A stretch of DNA of 57,368 bases. Origin: Pseudobdellovibrionaceae bacterium. GTDB taxonomy: Bacteria > Bdellovibrionota > Bdellovibrionia > Bdellovibrionales > UBA1609. The stretch lies in the NCBI GenBank assembly GCA_030591685.1, contig JAUVAX010000014.1, positions 1-57,368 of the forward strand. Reading direction: 5' to 3'. Under the pieces are notes generated by a model. That model was not told the origin of the DNA, ran no database searches, and worked only from the letters and a program-made list of their open reading frames with translations. A program made the position numbers and the translations under genes. This document shows, piece by piece, positions 20,403 to 29,780 of the stretch; position 1 is the first letter of the stretch; the number at the start of each line of letters is the position of its first letter.

Positions 20403-21278
20403 ATGAAAGTTGCAAAAGACATGATGACAAGAAAGCCCATTTCAGTGCTCTCAAGTGATAGCCTTAATTCTGTTGCTAAAGTTTTTATGGACAATCAAAT
20501 TTCAACAGCACCTGTTGAAAACCCCTTGGGGCAAGTCATGGGGGTCCTTACTGAACTTTCACTCACAAGGGCCCTTTTAAGGGTACACACTGGGGACAGC
20601 GAGCTAGACCTTGTCCACCACCACAACGAACTTCTTGAGCCCCCTTACTTAATTGATTCTGATGCCTCAATAATTGAAGTAGTTAACAGTATGCTAAATG
20701 CGCCTAATCATCGAATCTACGTGCAAAATAATATGGGTAATATTATTGGGATTATTTCACCTGTTGATATCCTCTTTTTACTCAATGGTGAAGAAAAACG
20801 CTCACAGGTTTTAAAAAATGATCTCAAAAGTGCTCATGAAAAAATCGTTAAAATGACCTCCACCATTAAATCACTCACCACCGCGACAGAAACCTATAAA
20901 GAACTTTATGATGACGCCCCTGTGATGATGCATTCTGTAAATGAAAAGGCTGTTATAATAATGGCTAATAAAAAAATACATGATGTTTTAGGTTATGATG
21001 AAAGTGAGCTCATTAATAAGCCTATGAGTTTAATCTACCCTAAGTCTGTACGTCATGAGGCCATACAAAGCCTCCAGTCCATAATAAAAACAGGCAAACC
21101 CGCCTCGTCTTACACAACAATGGTCACTCAATCAGGGGGCAAGCTTAGGGTAGACATGGCCTCTAACTCATTAAAAGACCACTACGGTAAAAATGTCGGC
21201 ACTATAACCGTTTCAAGAGTTGTCGATTCTGACAACCTATTAAGAACATTGCATGGAACACTTAATAAAGAAGAGTAA
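20403..21278 (+). CDS. CBS-pair + coiled coil + PAS domain protein
   Basis: VAKDMMTRKPISV and GIISPVDI (CBS); YKELYDDAPVMMHSVN..LGY...ELI (PAS). Confidence 0.8.
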   Translation: MKVAKDMMTRKPISVLSSDSLNSVAKVFMDNQISTAPVENPLGQVMGVLTELSLTRALLRVHTGDSELDLVHHHNELLEPPYLIDSDASIIEVVNSMLNAPNHRIYVQNNMGNIIGIISPVDILFLLNGEEKRSQVLKNDLKSAHEKIVKMTSTIKSLTTATETYKELYDDAPVMMHSVNEKAVIIMANKKIHDVLGYDESELINKPMSLIYPKSVRHEAIQSLQSIIKTGKPASSYTTMVTQSGGKLRVDMASNSLKDHYGKNVGTITVSRVVDSDNLLRTLHGTLNKEE

Positions 21279-21476
21279 ATATTTTTTTAGCCTTCAACTA
21301 AATACTTACTATTTTGTATTTATATTATGAGATCATTTGAAGCTCTTACCTTATAAAAACTATTTAATATTTTGTTGTATAGATTAGTTTGTCGTTTACG
21401 AACTACTTATGCGCGAGTACACTTAATTAAAGATCGTTTAGATTATAATAAATTAATGACTCACTGGAGGCGACAA

Positions 21477-21713
21477 ATGGCAAACCCAAAAATAGTAGAC
21501 AAGGTACCTGCAATGGAAGACCTAGAACCAGGCACATACTACTGGTGCTCATGTGGGGAGTCAAAAAAGCAACCCTTCTGTGATGGCGCCCATAAGGGAA
21601 CTGAGTTTACCCCAGAAGTGTTCAAAGTTGATAAAAAAGAGACCGTTGCCCTATGCCAGTGTAAACACACAAAGAACCCTCCTTTTTGTGATGGCGCTCA
21701 CCGTACTCTATAG
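21477..21713 (+). CDS. CDGSH iron-sulfur domain protein
   Basis: Two motifs, WCSCGESKKQPFCDGAH and LCQCKHTKNPPFCDGAH; GGAGG RBS before ATG 21477. Confidence 0.92.
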   Translation: MANPKIVDKVPAMEDLEPGTYYWCSCGESKKQPFCDGAHKGTEFTPEVFKVDKKETVALCQCKHTKNPPFCDGAHRTL

Positions 21714-21788
21714 AAAGAGCATCATAGTTAAAGCCTTATCGACTCCTATTATAAAGATCAGATGCTTATTTGTTTTTTATAAAAAGTA

Positions 21789-22397
21789 TTATTTTTTGGT
21801 ATCTCTTTTATACGACTGAGAGGGCTTAGGGCTCTCTTTTTTTGTTGTCTTTTTACTCGCTCCAGACTTTGTTGATTTTGTTCGCCTGTGAGTGGGTTTT
21901 GATTTATTTTTTTCACTCGGTATTAAAAAAGTCTCAGTTAATGGGACATAAATATCTGCCGCCTCTTTGAATTGATCACTCGTGGTCTCGGGGATGGACC
22001 AAACCTCTACCCGGCAACCTCTTGATTTTAAATACCAAACTAGGGGCAGGTAATCTTTATCACCCCCAAGTATAATTGCGACATCTAGCTTTTCGGCCAT
22101 GGTCACGGCATCAACTATTAAAAAACTGTCTGCGTTTTTTTCAGGGCGGCGAAGCTCGCCCCCTAGGCTTTTCCAGAAGGTTTCAAATGTTGGAGAGACA
22201 TCTTTATAACTGGGCTTGTAGTATAAAATACGCGTGATCTCACGGTCACCCACATGCTCGATTATTTTTTTATAATCTACGCGACCGCCATATATATTTA
22301 ATGACGACATCTCAATATTTTCAGCATCTACAAAAACCCCAACTTTTTGAAATACGAGAGGTTTTGTTGCTGCTTTTTCTGTACCCACTGGACTCAA
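21789..22397 (-). CDS. NYN-domain (LabA/DUF88) protein
   Basis: VFVDAENI, EKNAD...VDA, GGDKDYLPL, AADIYVPL; basic tail. Confidence 0.85.
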   Translation of the reverse strand: MSPVGTEKAATKPLVFQKVGVFVDAENIEMSSLNIYGGRVDYKKIIEHVGDREITRILYYKPSYKDVSPTFETFWKSLGGELRRPEKNADSFLIVDAVTMAEKLDVAIILGGDKDYLPLVWYLKSRGCRVEVWSIPETTSDQFKEAADIYVPLTETFLIPSEKNKSKPTHRRTKSTKSGASKKTTKKESPKPSQSYKRDTKK

Positions 22398-22650
22398 TAC
22401 TCCCTTTTAATAACAAAAGCAGCTTAACACAGTTTAATCTAAACCCTAAACATCTTGGTCTAGGCACTTTAACCTTTTGTTAATCAGACCCCAAAGTCAA
22501 TGCTGGCAGAAGGCCTATGGGTCACGATTTCAGCGTATCTAGAGAGTAACTACCGCCGCCATCATATCGTCTAGACCCCGTGCATTATTCTGCGTCCCCC
22601 CTTTATATTGCAACCTAATGTGTAAAGTTATGCGCTATAAATAAGCAGGC

Positions 22651-23991
22651 CTACAAAGGTTTTTTTGTGAACTCTTCATCAATATATTTTATGAGTCGGG
22701 CATTAACGGCCTCTGGAGTATCCCTAACCATAGCGTCTATATCCTTCATTTGATTTTCAATACGATTTAAAAGTTCATTAATCGCTCCCTGTGCAATACG
22801 CGCAAATAGGTAGTCCGGGTGGCGACGGTATTTAGAGCGCGAAATGTAATGCTCCCATACATAGCTTCTTGCGGGGTTAAACAGCACATGCACCTCGCTG
22901 TGCTCCCAACCCTTAAGTTTCATCTTTTTAGAAAAGTCGCGAAACCTGTTATAAATCTCTATATCTTGACGAGTTTGGTAATCAATATCCCCCGTATGAT
23001 GAAGGGACTTATGTACTGCATCTGGCTTGTAGTCACCACTTTTATCTCTAATTGCAAGAACAGTCAAAACGTCTGCTAAAAACTCATGCGTAGGGGCGGT
23101 CATCGCCCTAAACCCAGACACTGCTGTACTGCCGGTAAATTCACCACCTAGCTCTTGTGAGATTTTCTCCTCTAAATATTCACTTTTCTTCTCTAACCTC
23201 TCACCTTCTAACTCTACTGACTCTCTCAACCCTTCAATTTTTGACCAAGCATATAAACCTAAAAGGATTTCATCTACTGTAAGGTCGGCAGTGTCTCTTT
23301 TTTCATAACTCTCAATTTTTTCATAATAAAATTCGGTCAACCGCTGAGATCTTTTTGTGGTTACATACCCTTCTTCAATAACCTTGAAATAATTAAAAAG
23401 ATGCGAAGCCACAGGATGGCTTTTTAAAACATACTCAAGATACTTATCAACCACATCATGTCCACTCTCGTGAACAATAACAGCTCTTGATTTTCGTGGG
23501 TGCTTTGTAAACCCATTAAAATTAATTTGATTCGGTATGTGTATAATATCTACTAAATGATAGGCGTTGTCATAGTTAGCAACCACTTCAATTGTAACCT
23601 CTGAAGGCAGGTAATTTGGGTCAACAATATCATCAATAGTTTCATATAGCTTTAAAACTCTCTTTATAACCTTATGAAAGGCCTTGTCAGAAAGCTTTGC
23701 ATCTACCCTTTTAAAGGTTATTTTTTGTCTACCTCCAGCGATGACAACTTTAACCTCTTTAAAGACGTTTCGTCTTTCGGCCTCTATTTTTTCATCTAAA
23801 GCACTTAATATTTTATGAGCTTCAGCATCGCTAATAGCTTTATCGGGATATTCTTCCATATAGTCTCGAAAGCTGGATAAGGCTTCGCCTTGCTCTGAAA
23901 ATGTTTTTAAAAATAAGGACTCACAACTAGGGCCTGCCGAACTTATTTGAGAGAAACAAAGTATTGCAAAAATTAAAAATTTTATTCTCAT
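22651..23991 (-). CDS. secreted hypothetical protein with gluzincin-like zinc-peptidase motif
   Basis: Signal peptide; AVIVHESGH and downstream THEFLAD. Confidence 0.6.
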   Translation of the reverse strand: MRIKFLIFAILCFSQISSAGPSCESLFLKTFSEQGEALSSFRDYMEEYPDKAISDAEAHKILSALDEKIEAERRNVFKEVKVVIAGGRQKITFKRVDAKLSDKAFHKVIKRVLKLYETIDDIVDPNYLPSEVTIEVVANYDNAYHLVDIIHIPNQINFNGFTKHPRKSRAVIVHESGHDVVDKYLEYVLKSHPVASHLFNYFKVIEEGYVTTKRSQRLTEFYYEKIESYEKRDTADLTVDEILLGLYAWSKIEGLRESVELEGERLEKKSEYLEEKISQELGGEFTGSTAVSGFRAMTAPTHEFLADVLTVLAIRDKSGDYKPDAVHKSLHHTGDIDYQTRQDIEIYNRFRDFSKKMKLKGWEHSEVHVLFNPARSYVWEHYISRSKYRRHPDYLFARIAQGAINELLNRIENQMKDIDAMVRDTPEAVNARLIKYIDEEFTKKPL

Positions 23992-24368
23992 TTTTATAGC
24001 ATCCTTTAAGCGAAATATTTTTTAATTAGTAATATTATAAAAGCAAGTTTCGTTTGAAGTTTAATTAACAAAAAAAGCCCTGCTTTACTTGTGGCTTTTG
24101 TTACTCATTAAGTAATAAACGTATTTAACGATGTGACAATATATCATAAAATCTCAAAATTGAGAGGATATTCATAACCTTAATCAGGGCTCCTAAAAAG
24201 AAGTAAAAAGACCATACAAATCGTCTAAAGTTTAGACACAAAATAGTTTTATGAAATAATTTCAAAAGCAACTCAACTAAGTGGCCACATGAGGGCAGAG
24301 TTTAAATTACTATTTTTATAAACTCCACTAAAGGTTATATTTAAAATTTGGATACAAACAAGAGAAAC

Positions 24369-24875
24369 TTAAATCAGTGCTTTTAGCATTTTAACCCCAT
24401 CTCCAATGACTTTATTAAGGTCATCTATGACGTACTGGTCCTCATAGAGGTCACGGATATAAATGACATTGTCACTTAAAACCACCGGCCAATCACTGAG
24501 TTTTGTAAAAAACTGCCTTGGCCCACTAGTAGTTTTGACTCTCCATGTTCGTAAATCAAAGGAGTCCTTGATTTCAAGGATTTCAATGATTTTAAACATA
24601 AATTTAGACTCCTCAAGAGCTCGGTTTAAGGCCTCTGAGGAGCACTTGTCAAGATCACTCATACGCTCTACAAGCACTAACTCTTTACTCTCTATGTCTA
24701 CAATGCTTAGGTACTCCATCGGCGAAAGATGAGGAAAGCAAGGACGAACCCGAGCCCTGCCCCATTGACCCTTAACTTTAACCTCGAGGCCCTGGGCTTC
24801 ACTCCATTTAAATAAAATGTCTTTAAAATTAGTTTTAGAACCTTTTGTCGGCTTTTCGGTCATTGATAAAGTCAT
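24369..24875 (-). CDS. DUF1854 domain protein
   Basis: RPCFPHLSPMEYLSIVD, WRVKTTSGPRQF, IRDLY..QYVI; coupled to the ABC gene. Confidence 0.75.
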   Translation of the reverse strand: MTLSMTEKPTKGSKTNFKDILFKWSEAQGLEVKVKGQWGRARVRPCFPHLSPMEYLSIVDIESKELVLVERMSDLDKCSSEALNRALEESKFMFKIIEILEIKDSFDLRTWRVKTTSGPRQFFTKLSDWPVVLSDNVIYIRDLYEDQYVIDDLNKVIGDGVKMLKALI

Positions 24876-24877
24876 TG

Positions 24878-27166
24878 TTACCCCCCTATTTTATTTAGGT
24901 TTGTTTGTAAGGTGACAAACTTTGTGTAAGTCCCCTTAGGGTTATCTATAAGTTCTTGGTGAGTCCCTGACTCAACAAGCTCGCCATCTTTAATTACCAA
25001 AATGCGGTCTGCACTTGCTATCGTTGACAATCGATGAGCAATAGCAAATACCGTTCGCCCCTTGACCAGTCGATCGAGTGCTTCTTGGATCTTTTTTTCA
25101 GTCTCAGTATCTACTGAACTTGTAGCCTCATCTAAAATTAATATCTTTGGGTTACGCAAAACAGCCCGTGCAATAGAGACTCGCTGCCTCTCTCCACCAG
25201 AGAGACTTTGCCCCCTCTCACCCACAATGGTCTCATACCCATTAGTGAGCTTCATTATAAACTCATGGGCATTTGCTACTTTAGCCGCTGCAATAACGTC
25301 CAAAAGGTCTGCATCCGGTTTTGCATACCTAATATTTTCAAGGATATTACCATGAAACAAAAAGGGGTCCTGTAAAACTACGCCTAGGTGAGACTTAAAA
25401 GAAGCGGTGTCTAGTTCTTTTAAGTTATAACCATCTACAGTTATTTCACCAGAGGTCACATCGTAAAAACGACTAATAAGGTTTGTGATCGTTGTTTTAC
25501 CACTACCTGAGGGGCCCACAAGGCCAATAACTTCGCCGGGGTTTATTTTAAAACTCAGGTTTTTTAAAACTGGTCGCACACCATCATAGGTAAAGGTCAC
25601 ATTTTTAAACTCGATCTCGCCTTTTAAAGTTTTTAATTCAATAGCTTTTTTTGTGTCTACCACTTCAGCTGATCGATCTAAAACCTCAAATACTCTATGC
25701 GCTGAGCTTGTCGCTCGATTAATCATACGAGCCATTTGGCCAATAACCTCAATCGGCTGAACAAACATAGTCATAAAAACTACAAACGAAATAAATACCC
25801 CAGGGGTCAGCCCAATACTGGCTGCGTTTTGAGCCCCCTCATTAAAAGCAGCAACGTGCTCTAACACACGTGGAACCCCAAAAAACCATACTGCCACAAC
25901 AAGCCCACGAATAAGAAGCATCAAAACAGGCCAAAAACTTGTCCATGCTTTATGAATGCTATTAAACTCATCAAGAAGTACAGCATTTCGCTGATTAAAC
26001 TTTGAAACCTCTTCTTGGCCCTTATTAAAAGCTTTCACCACCTTTATCCCGGGGATGGTGTCGGACAAACAATCAGTTAAATCCGACCACTTTCTCCAAG
26101 CCCTTAAAAAAAGAAGTTGCATTTTTTGGCCATGTCTATAAATCAACCAAAGTAAAACAGGCACAGGGGCACTGACCATTAAACCCAACGGGGCATCTAA
26201 ATATATAAGTACCCCTGATAGCGTAAAGAGCAATAAAATTGAAGTACTGACCTCAACAATACCAAAGGCTACAAAGTCCCAAATTCTGTCGGTGTCTGAG
26301 CTCACGCGGCTTATCAGTGACCCTGTTTGACGCTTGTCAAAAAAGCTCAAAGAAAGCCCATGCATGTGTTCATACACTTCATCACGTAAATCTCTAGCTA
26401 CGAACTCACCCATAATAGACATTGTCTTTAAACGCACCCATGCAAAGAACTCTCTTAATATATGAGTCCCAAAAAGTGCGGCGATACAAAGGGTGAAAAT
26501 ATACAGCCCCTCTTTATGAGTAATAACGCCTGATTGAAAGGGCTTAATGACATCATCAATTAAGTACCCCGTAAGTAGCCCAGGCACTAAACTCAAAACT
26601 GTCATGCAAGCAGCGCCCAGGCCCCCTAAGGCGACCTGACCCCTGTAGGGCTTTAAGTACGTAAGAAGCCTCCATATGACATCTTTACTCGATTTATTTT
26701 CAGACGCTGCACTCTCAGCTAACGGCTTTAGTAGCTCTTCTTGGTAGATACAATCTGGTGATTTATTAACCTGACCTATAAACCCTAACTTAATACCTTC
26801 ATTAATTAAAAAAACAACTAATGACATTGGTCGCTGTTGCCTTAAAGAGTACCTTAAGGTCAAAAGTAACTCTCCTGATTTATCAGAAATTTCAAGTCTC
26901 TTATTACTCAGGTTTTCAATTTCTTTAGCCGAACACACGTGTGAGATATTTATAGTCTTTCTCTCCCACGTGCTTTCGAATTGCAAAAAGTATTCAATTG
27001 TATTTTTTGTTAACACAACCCAAGACTCTACTAAATTAAATCGAGAGCTTAAATCCACCATACTGTAGGCAATTATACCTTGGCCCACCATAAGGCGAAG
27101 ACTCTCTGGCAAACGATCTGACTGTTTTAGTCGTTCACTTACTTTACTTTCATTATTTAAATTCAT
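24878..27166 (-). CDS. ABC exporter (TMD+NBD) with N-terminal extension
   Basis: GPSGSGKTT, LSGGERQR, ILDEATSSVD, IAHRLST; six-TM domain. Confidence 0.93.
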   Translation of the reverse strand: MNLNNESKVSERLKQSDRLPESLRLMVGQGIIAYSMVDLSSRFNLVESWVVLTKNTIEYFLQFESTWERKTINISHVCSAKEIENLSNKRLEISDKSGELLLTLRYSLRQQRPMSLVVFLINEGIKLGFIGQVNKSPDCIYQEELLKPLAESAASENKSSKDVIWRLLTYLKPYRGQVALGGLGAACMTVLSLVPGLLTGYLIDDVIKPFQSGVITHKEGLYIFTLCIAALFGTHILREFFAWVRLKTMSIMGEFVARDLRDEVYEHMHGLSLSFFDKRQTGSLISRVSSDTDRIWDFVAFGIVEVSTSILLLFTLSGVLIYLDAPLGLMVSAPVPVLLWLIYRHGQKMQLLFLRAWRKWSDLTDCLSDTIPGIKVVKAFNKGQEEVSKFNQRNAVLLDEFNSIHKAWTSFWPVLMLLIRGLVVAVWFFGVPRVLEHVAAFNEGAQNAASIGLTPGVFISFVVFMTMFVQPIEVIGQMARMINRATSSAHRVFEVLDRSAEVVDTKKAIELKTLKGEIEFKNVTFTYDGVRPVLKNLSFKINPGEVIGLVGPSGSGKTTITNLISRFYDVTSGEITVDGYNLKELDTASFKSHLGVVLQDPFLFHGNILENIRYAKPDADLLDVIAAAKVANAHEFIMKLTNGYETIVGERGQSLSGGERQRVSIARAVLRNPKILILDEATSSVDTETEKKIQEALDRLVKGRTVFAIAHRLSTIASADRILVIKDGELVESGTHQELIDNPKGTYTKFVTLQTNLNKIGG

Positions 27167-27197
27167 TTCAAATATTCCTCTTTGAACTCATTAGGTG

Positions 27198-27359
27198 TTA
27201 CCACCAGTTATTTAAAAAGTCATGTTCGGGCCTTACACGGTGGACTTCATCACCTCGGGCCCCATACTCATCTGGACCCATTAGAGCCCACCACAAAAAC
27301 CCCCATAAACTTGTTACTACTAAATTAATTAGTTTTAAAAAAAATCTTAAATTTTTCAT
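27198..27359 (-). CDS. 53-aa small membrane protein (not in the ORF track)
   Basis: GAGG RBS; MKNLRFFLKLINLVVTSLWGFLWWALMGPDEYGARGDEVHRVRPEHDFLNNWW*; ends 31 nt before the ABC start. Confidence 0.55.
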   Translation of the reverse strand: MKNLRFFLKLINLVVTSLWGFLWWALMGPDEYGARGDEVHRVRPEHDFLNNWW

Positions 27360-27521
27360 TTTTATACCTCAAACATAAAAAGAACACACTTAGCCATCAT
27401 TCATAGTATTCAAAAAGGGGCTCTTTTATAAAAAAAGCTCACAACAGGACACTATTTTTTTTGTTAGCGTATATAGTACTCTTGATTTTAGTTATTTTTA
27501 GACGACTTATAAGCTCTGCGC

Positions 27522-27635
27522 TCAGCCTCTGATTATCGAATGAACAAAGTGAGTAGATTGACAATCGGAGGCGTAGACCATGGACATTATTAAATTATCT
27601 TCTGTTCCATATATATTTTGTGTTAATAAAATCAT
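27522..27635 (-). CDS. 37-aa candidate leader peptide (not in the ORF track)
   Basis: AAAGGAGG RBS; MILLTQNIYGTEDNLIMSMVYASDCQSTHFVHSIIRG*. Confidence 0.5.
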   Translation of the reverse strand: MILLTQNIYGTEDNLIMSMVYASDCQSTHFVHSIIRG

Positions 27636-27967
27636 CGTTCGCCTCCTTTCTTATTTATCGTGCGAAAACGTTATTTTTAAATAGTGTTCTGATAATTCAA
27701 GTTAAGCAAGGCTTTTTTTGAATTTTATTCATAAACTCTGTTGCCGCCCTCAACCCCCACAAATTCTCTTTGATTAAACCCTAATTAATCCTGCAAATTA
27801 ATTAACTCTCAAGCTCTATCAAAAAAAAGCGACAGAGGTTTAGAGGGTCTCCCCATACTCGCTTCAACATCAATATGTTATTTTTATTTAAACAGTATAA
27901 TTTTAAATGAACTCGTATCGAACAAGCACCATAGGTACTCACTTCACCCCTGCCTACAGAGCTATAC

Positions 27968-28720
27968 TTACTCACCCTTTAAATTTTTAAATCTCTTCTG
28001 ATAACGTTTAATTTTTTTTATGTAATTTCTAAAAGAATGACTGCCACATTTTTTAAGTTTAAAAAGGCTGGAGCTTTTTAAAAATCTCCTCACTCTGTTC
28101 TCCCCACACAAATGTATAGCCGCGGCCAAGGTTTGAAGCCCTTTTTTAGTTAATTTTAAATTTAACTTATTTTTTAACTTCATCACTTGTGTATGTAAAA
28201 ACGCCGAAGTGACCTCTATAGAGTCTGAGGCAAAAACTCTTGAATAAAGCCCATTAAACCAACAGGTGTTTAATTCATACCAACGACCTTGCTTTTTAAC
28301 CTTACCATTATGTATACAGTATTTTTTAGCTCTCTCAAAAGTCCCGTTAGTAAACTGCATGAGCCCCACGCTTGTAGAGGCTGGTGCATATATTTTAAAT
28401 AGCGGTTTTTTAAAGTTTAACTGCCATGCAGGGGTGCCCACAGGGCTCCCCGCACTCTCTACTTGGGCGAGGGCCGCTAAGAATTCAGGGGCCATCACGG
28501 GGGTAGAATGTTTATAAAATTCACTTTTGTAAGTACTCCAAGTCACGGCTACTGTTTTAACTTGCCGAGGGGTCAGTAAACTCATCACCTCGCCCGGCTT
28601 TTTGACTAATTGCCAAAAAAAATTAATAGCCACTAAGCCCGTAACGCCTATAACGGCTACTAAAACCATATTAGAAAAGCTTATATAATTTGTATTTTTT
28701 TTTATGTTTTTATTGGCCAT
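27968..28720 (-). CDS. SLT-domain lytic transglycosylase with N-terminal TM anchor
   Basis: LAALAQVESAG (catalytic Glu), ASTSVGLMQFT. Confidence 0.75.
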   Translation of the reverse strand: MANKNIKKNTNYISFSNMVLVAVIGVTGLVAINFFWQLVKKPGEVMSLLTPRQVKTVAVTWSTYKSEFYKHSTPVMAPEFLAALAQVESAGSPVGTPAWQLNFKKPLFKIYAPASTSVGLMQFTNGTFERAKKYCIHNGKVKKQGRWYELNTCWFNGLYSRVFASDSIEVTSAFLHTQVMKLKNKLNLKLTKKGLQTLAAAIHLCGENRVRRFLKSSSLFKLKKCGSHSFRNYIKKIKRYQKRFKNLKGE

Positions 28721-29010
28721 GCAAATATTGTAGAAATTTTTTAACAAACATACACCCTATAGCTTTAGAGGGCCCCTTCAAAGGTCCTGAAGGCTCTGTT
28801 TTGAGTCCTCTAAGGACTCTACTATTTACTGCTTTTCATCTTAATAAGCGAGCCCTGCAAGGCTCCTTGGCCTACTTTATTATAATGTCTTGTAAGGAGA
28901 ATATAAAATTATATCGTCTTGAATCAGGACTTCCGGTGGCAAAGATCTTGTCACTTTTTTTGAGTTTTACACCTATGAACCTTGTAGTGTGCGTTTTTTG
29001 AACTATCAGC

Positions 29011-29026
29011 TGGCATCCTTATTGTA
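29011..29026 (+). promoter_or_regulatory. sigma-54-like promoter with no downstream ORF
   Basis: TGGCAT-CCTTA-TTGTA (one deviation at -12). Confidence 0.45.
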
Positions 29027-29036
29027 TATAAATACT

Positions 29037-29107
29037 GCATAGGCAAAGATTGCCACGGCCCCGCTTAAGCCACAAAAGCCACTTCATTACGAGGTGGCTT
29101 TTTTTTT
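29037..29107 (+). ncRNA. candidate ~70-nt sRNA
   Basis: Lies between the sigma-54-like site and a + strand terminator; 5' hairpin ggcaa-aga-ttgcc. Confidence 0.35.
29074..29107 (+). terminator. intrinsic terminator, possibly bidirectional
   Basis: aaaagccacttc-attac-gaggtggctttt with a long T run. Confidence 0.75.
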
Positions 29108-29119
29108 ACTATTTACTGA

Positions 29120-29653
29120 TTACTCTTCAGACTCTTTAGATCTATATTGAGAGGAGTATGTCTTAATAGCAATGAGCCTTTCAACTTTAATATTCTCATA
29201 CTGAGTAAATAGGTCCTCTATGGACCCTTTAGAGGAGCCGGTGTTGCTGCCCTTATTGATTTGGTCCTTAGCCATTAACTCAGAGCATAGGGACTTCATA
29301 AAGTCATGGCTTACACAGGCCTCAAGAATAACACAACTTAACTGATCTTTTGTTTTCTCACCTGGTAAGCATACTATGGACTTTCTGCTCGTTTGATTAT
29401 TAACTTGATCTTTATAATTAAAAAATGCGTTTTTAAAATCACTAATCTCAAGTTGTCTGGATTCTGAATAAATATGGCCCATAAAAGCACTACAGAGTAC
29501 TTCGGAGGTTTCACTGCCAACACAGGCTTCAACCATTTGACACCCCAGTGACTGCTCCAGAGGCCCTTCTAAGTTACAGGCGCTCACTTTCAGAGACGAT
29601 GAAAGGGCGAGAGATGACGTAAGTAAAATGGCAAGTCCTAAAAAAAACCTCAT
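29120..29653 (-). CDS. secreted Cys-rich protein with an internal duplication
   Basis: Signal peptide; LGCQMVEACV..LCSAFM repeated as LSCVILEACV..LCSELM. Confidence 0.65.
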   Translation of the reverse strand: MRFFLGLAILLTSSLALSSSLKVSACNLEGPLEQSLGCQMVEACVGSETSEVLCSAFMGHIYSESRQLEISDFKNAFFNYKDQVNNQTSRKSIVCLPGEKTKDQLSCVILEACVSHDFMKSLCSELMAKDQINKGSNTGSSKGSIEDLFTQYENIKVERLIAIKTYSSQYRSKESEE

Positions 29654-29780
29654 GAATTAATCCTTTCAAAAATATTAAATAATCAACTTCAGGGATAATA
29701 TCATTAAAGCCTGACAACTTACTGTAATAGTTAAGTAAATGTATTTTTTGCAGCCCCCTGTAAAGGAGTTCAACACCCCT

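Noticed and set aside
24041..24058. Sigma-54 site for the HEXXH gene
   Set aside because: It has TTGCT but lacks the invariant GG at -24
28690..29001. 103-aa + strand ORF
   Set aside because: No RBS or recognisable motif, and it overlaps the start of the SLT gene
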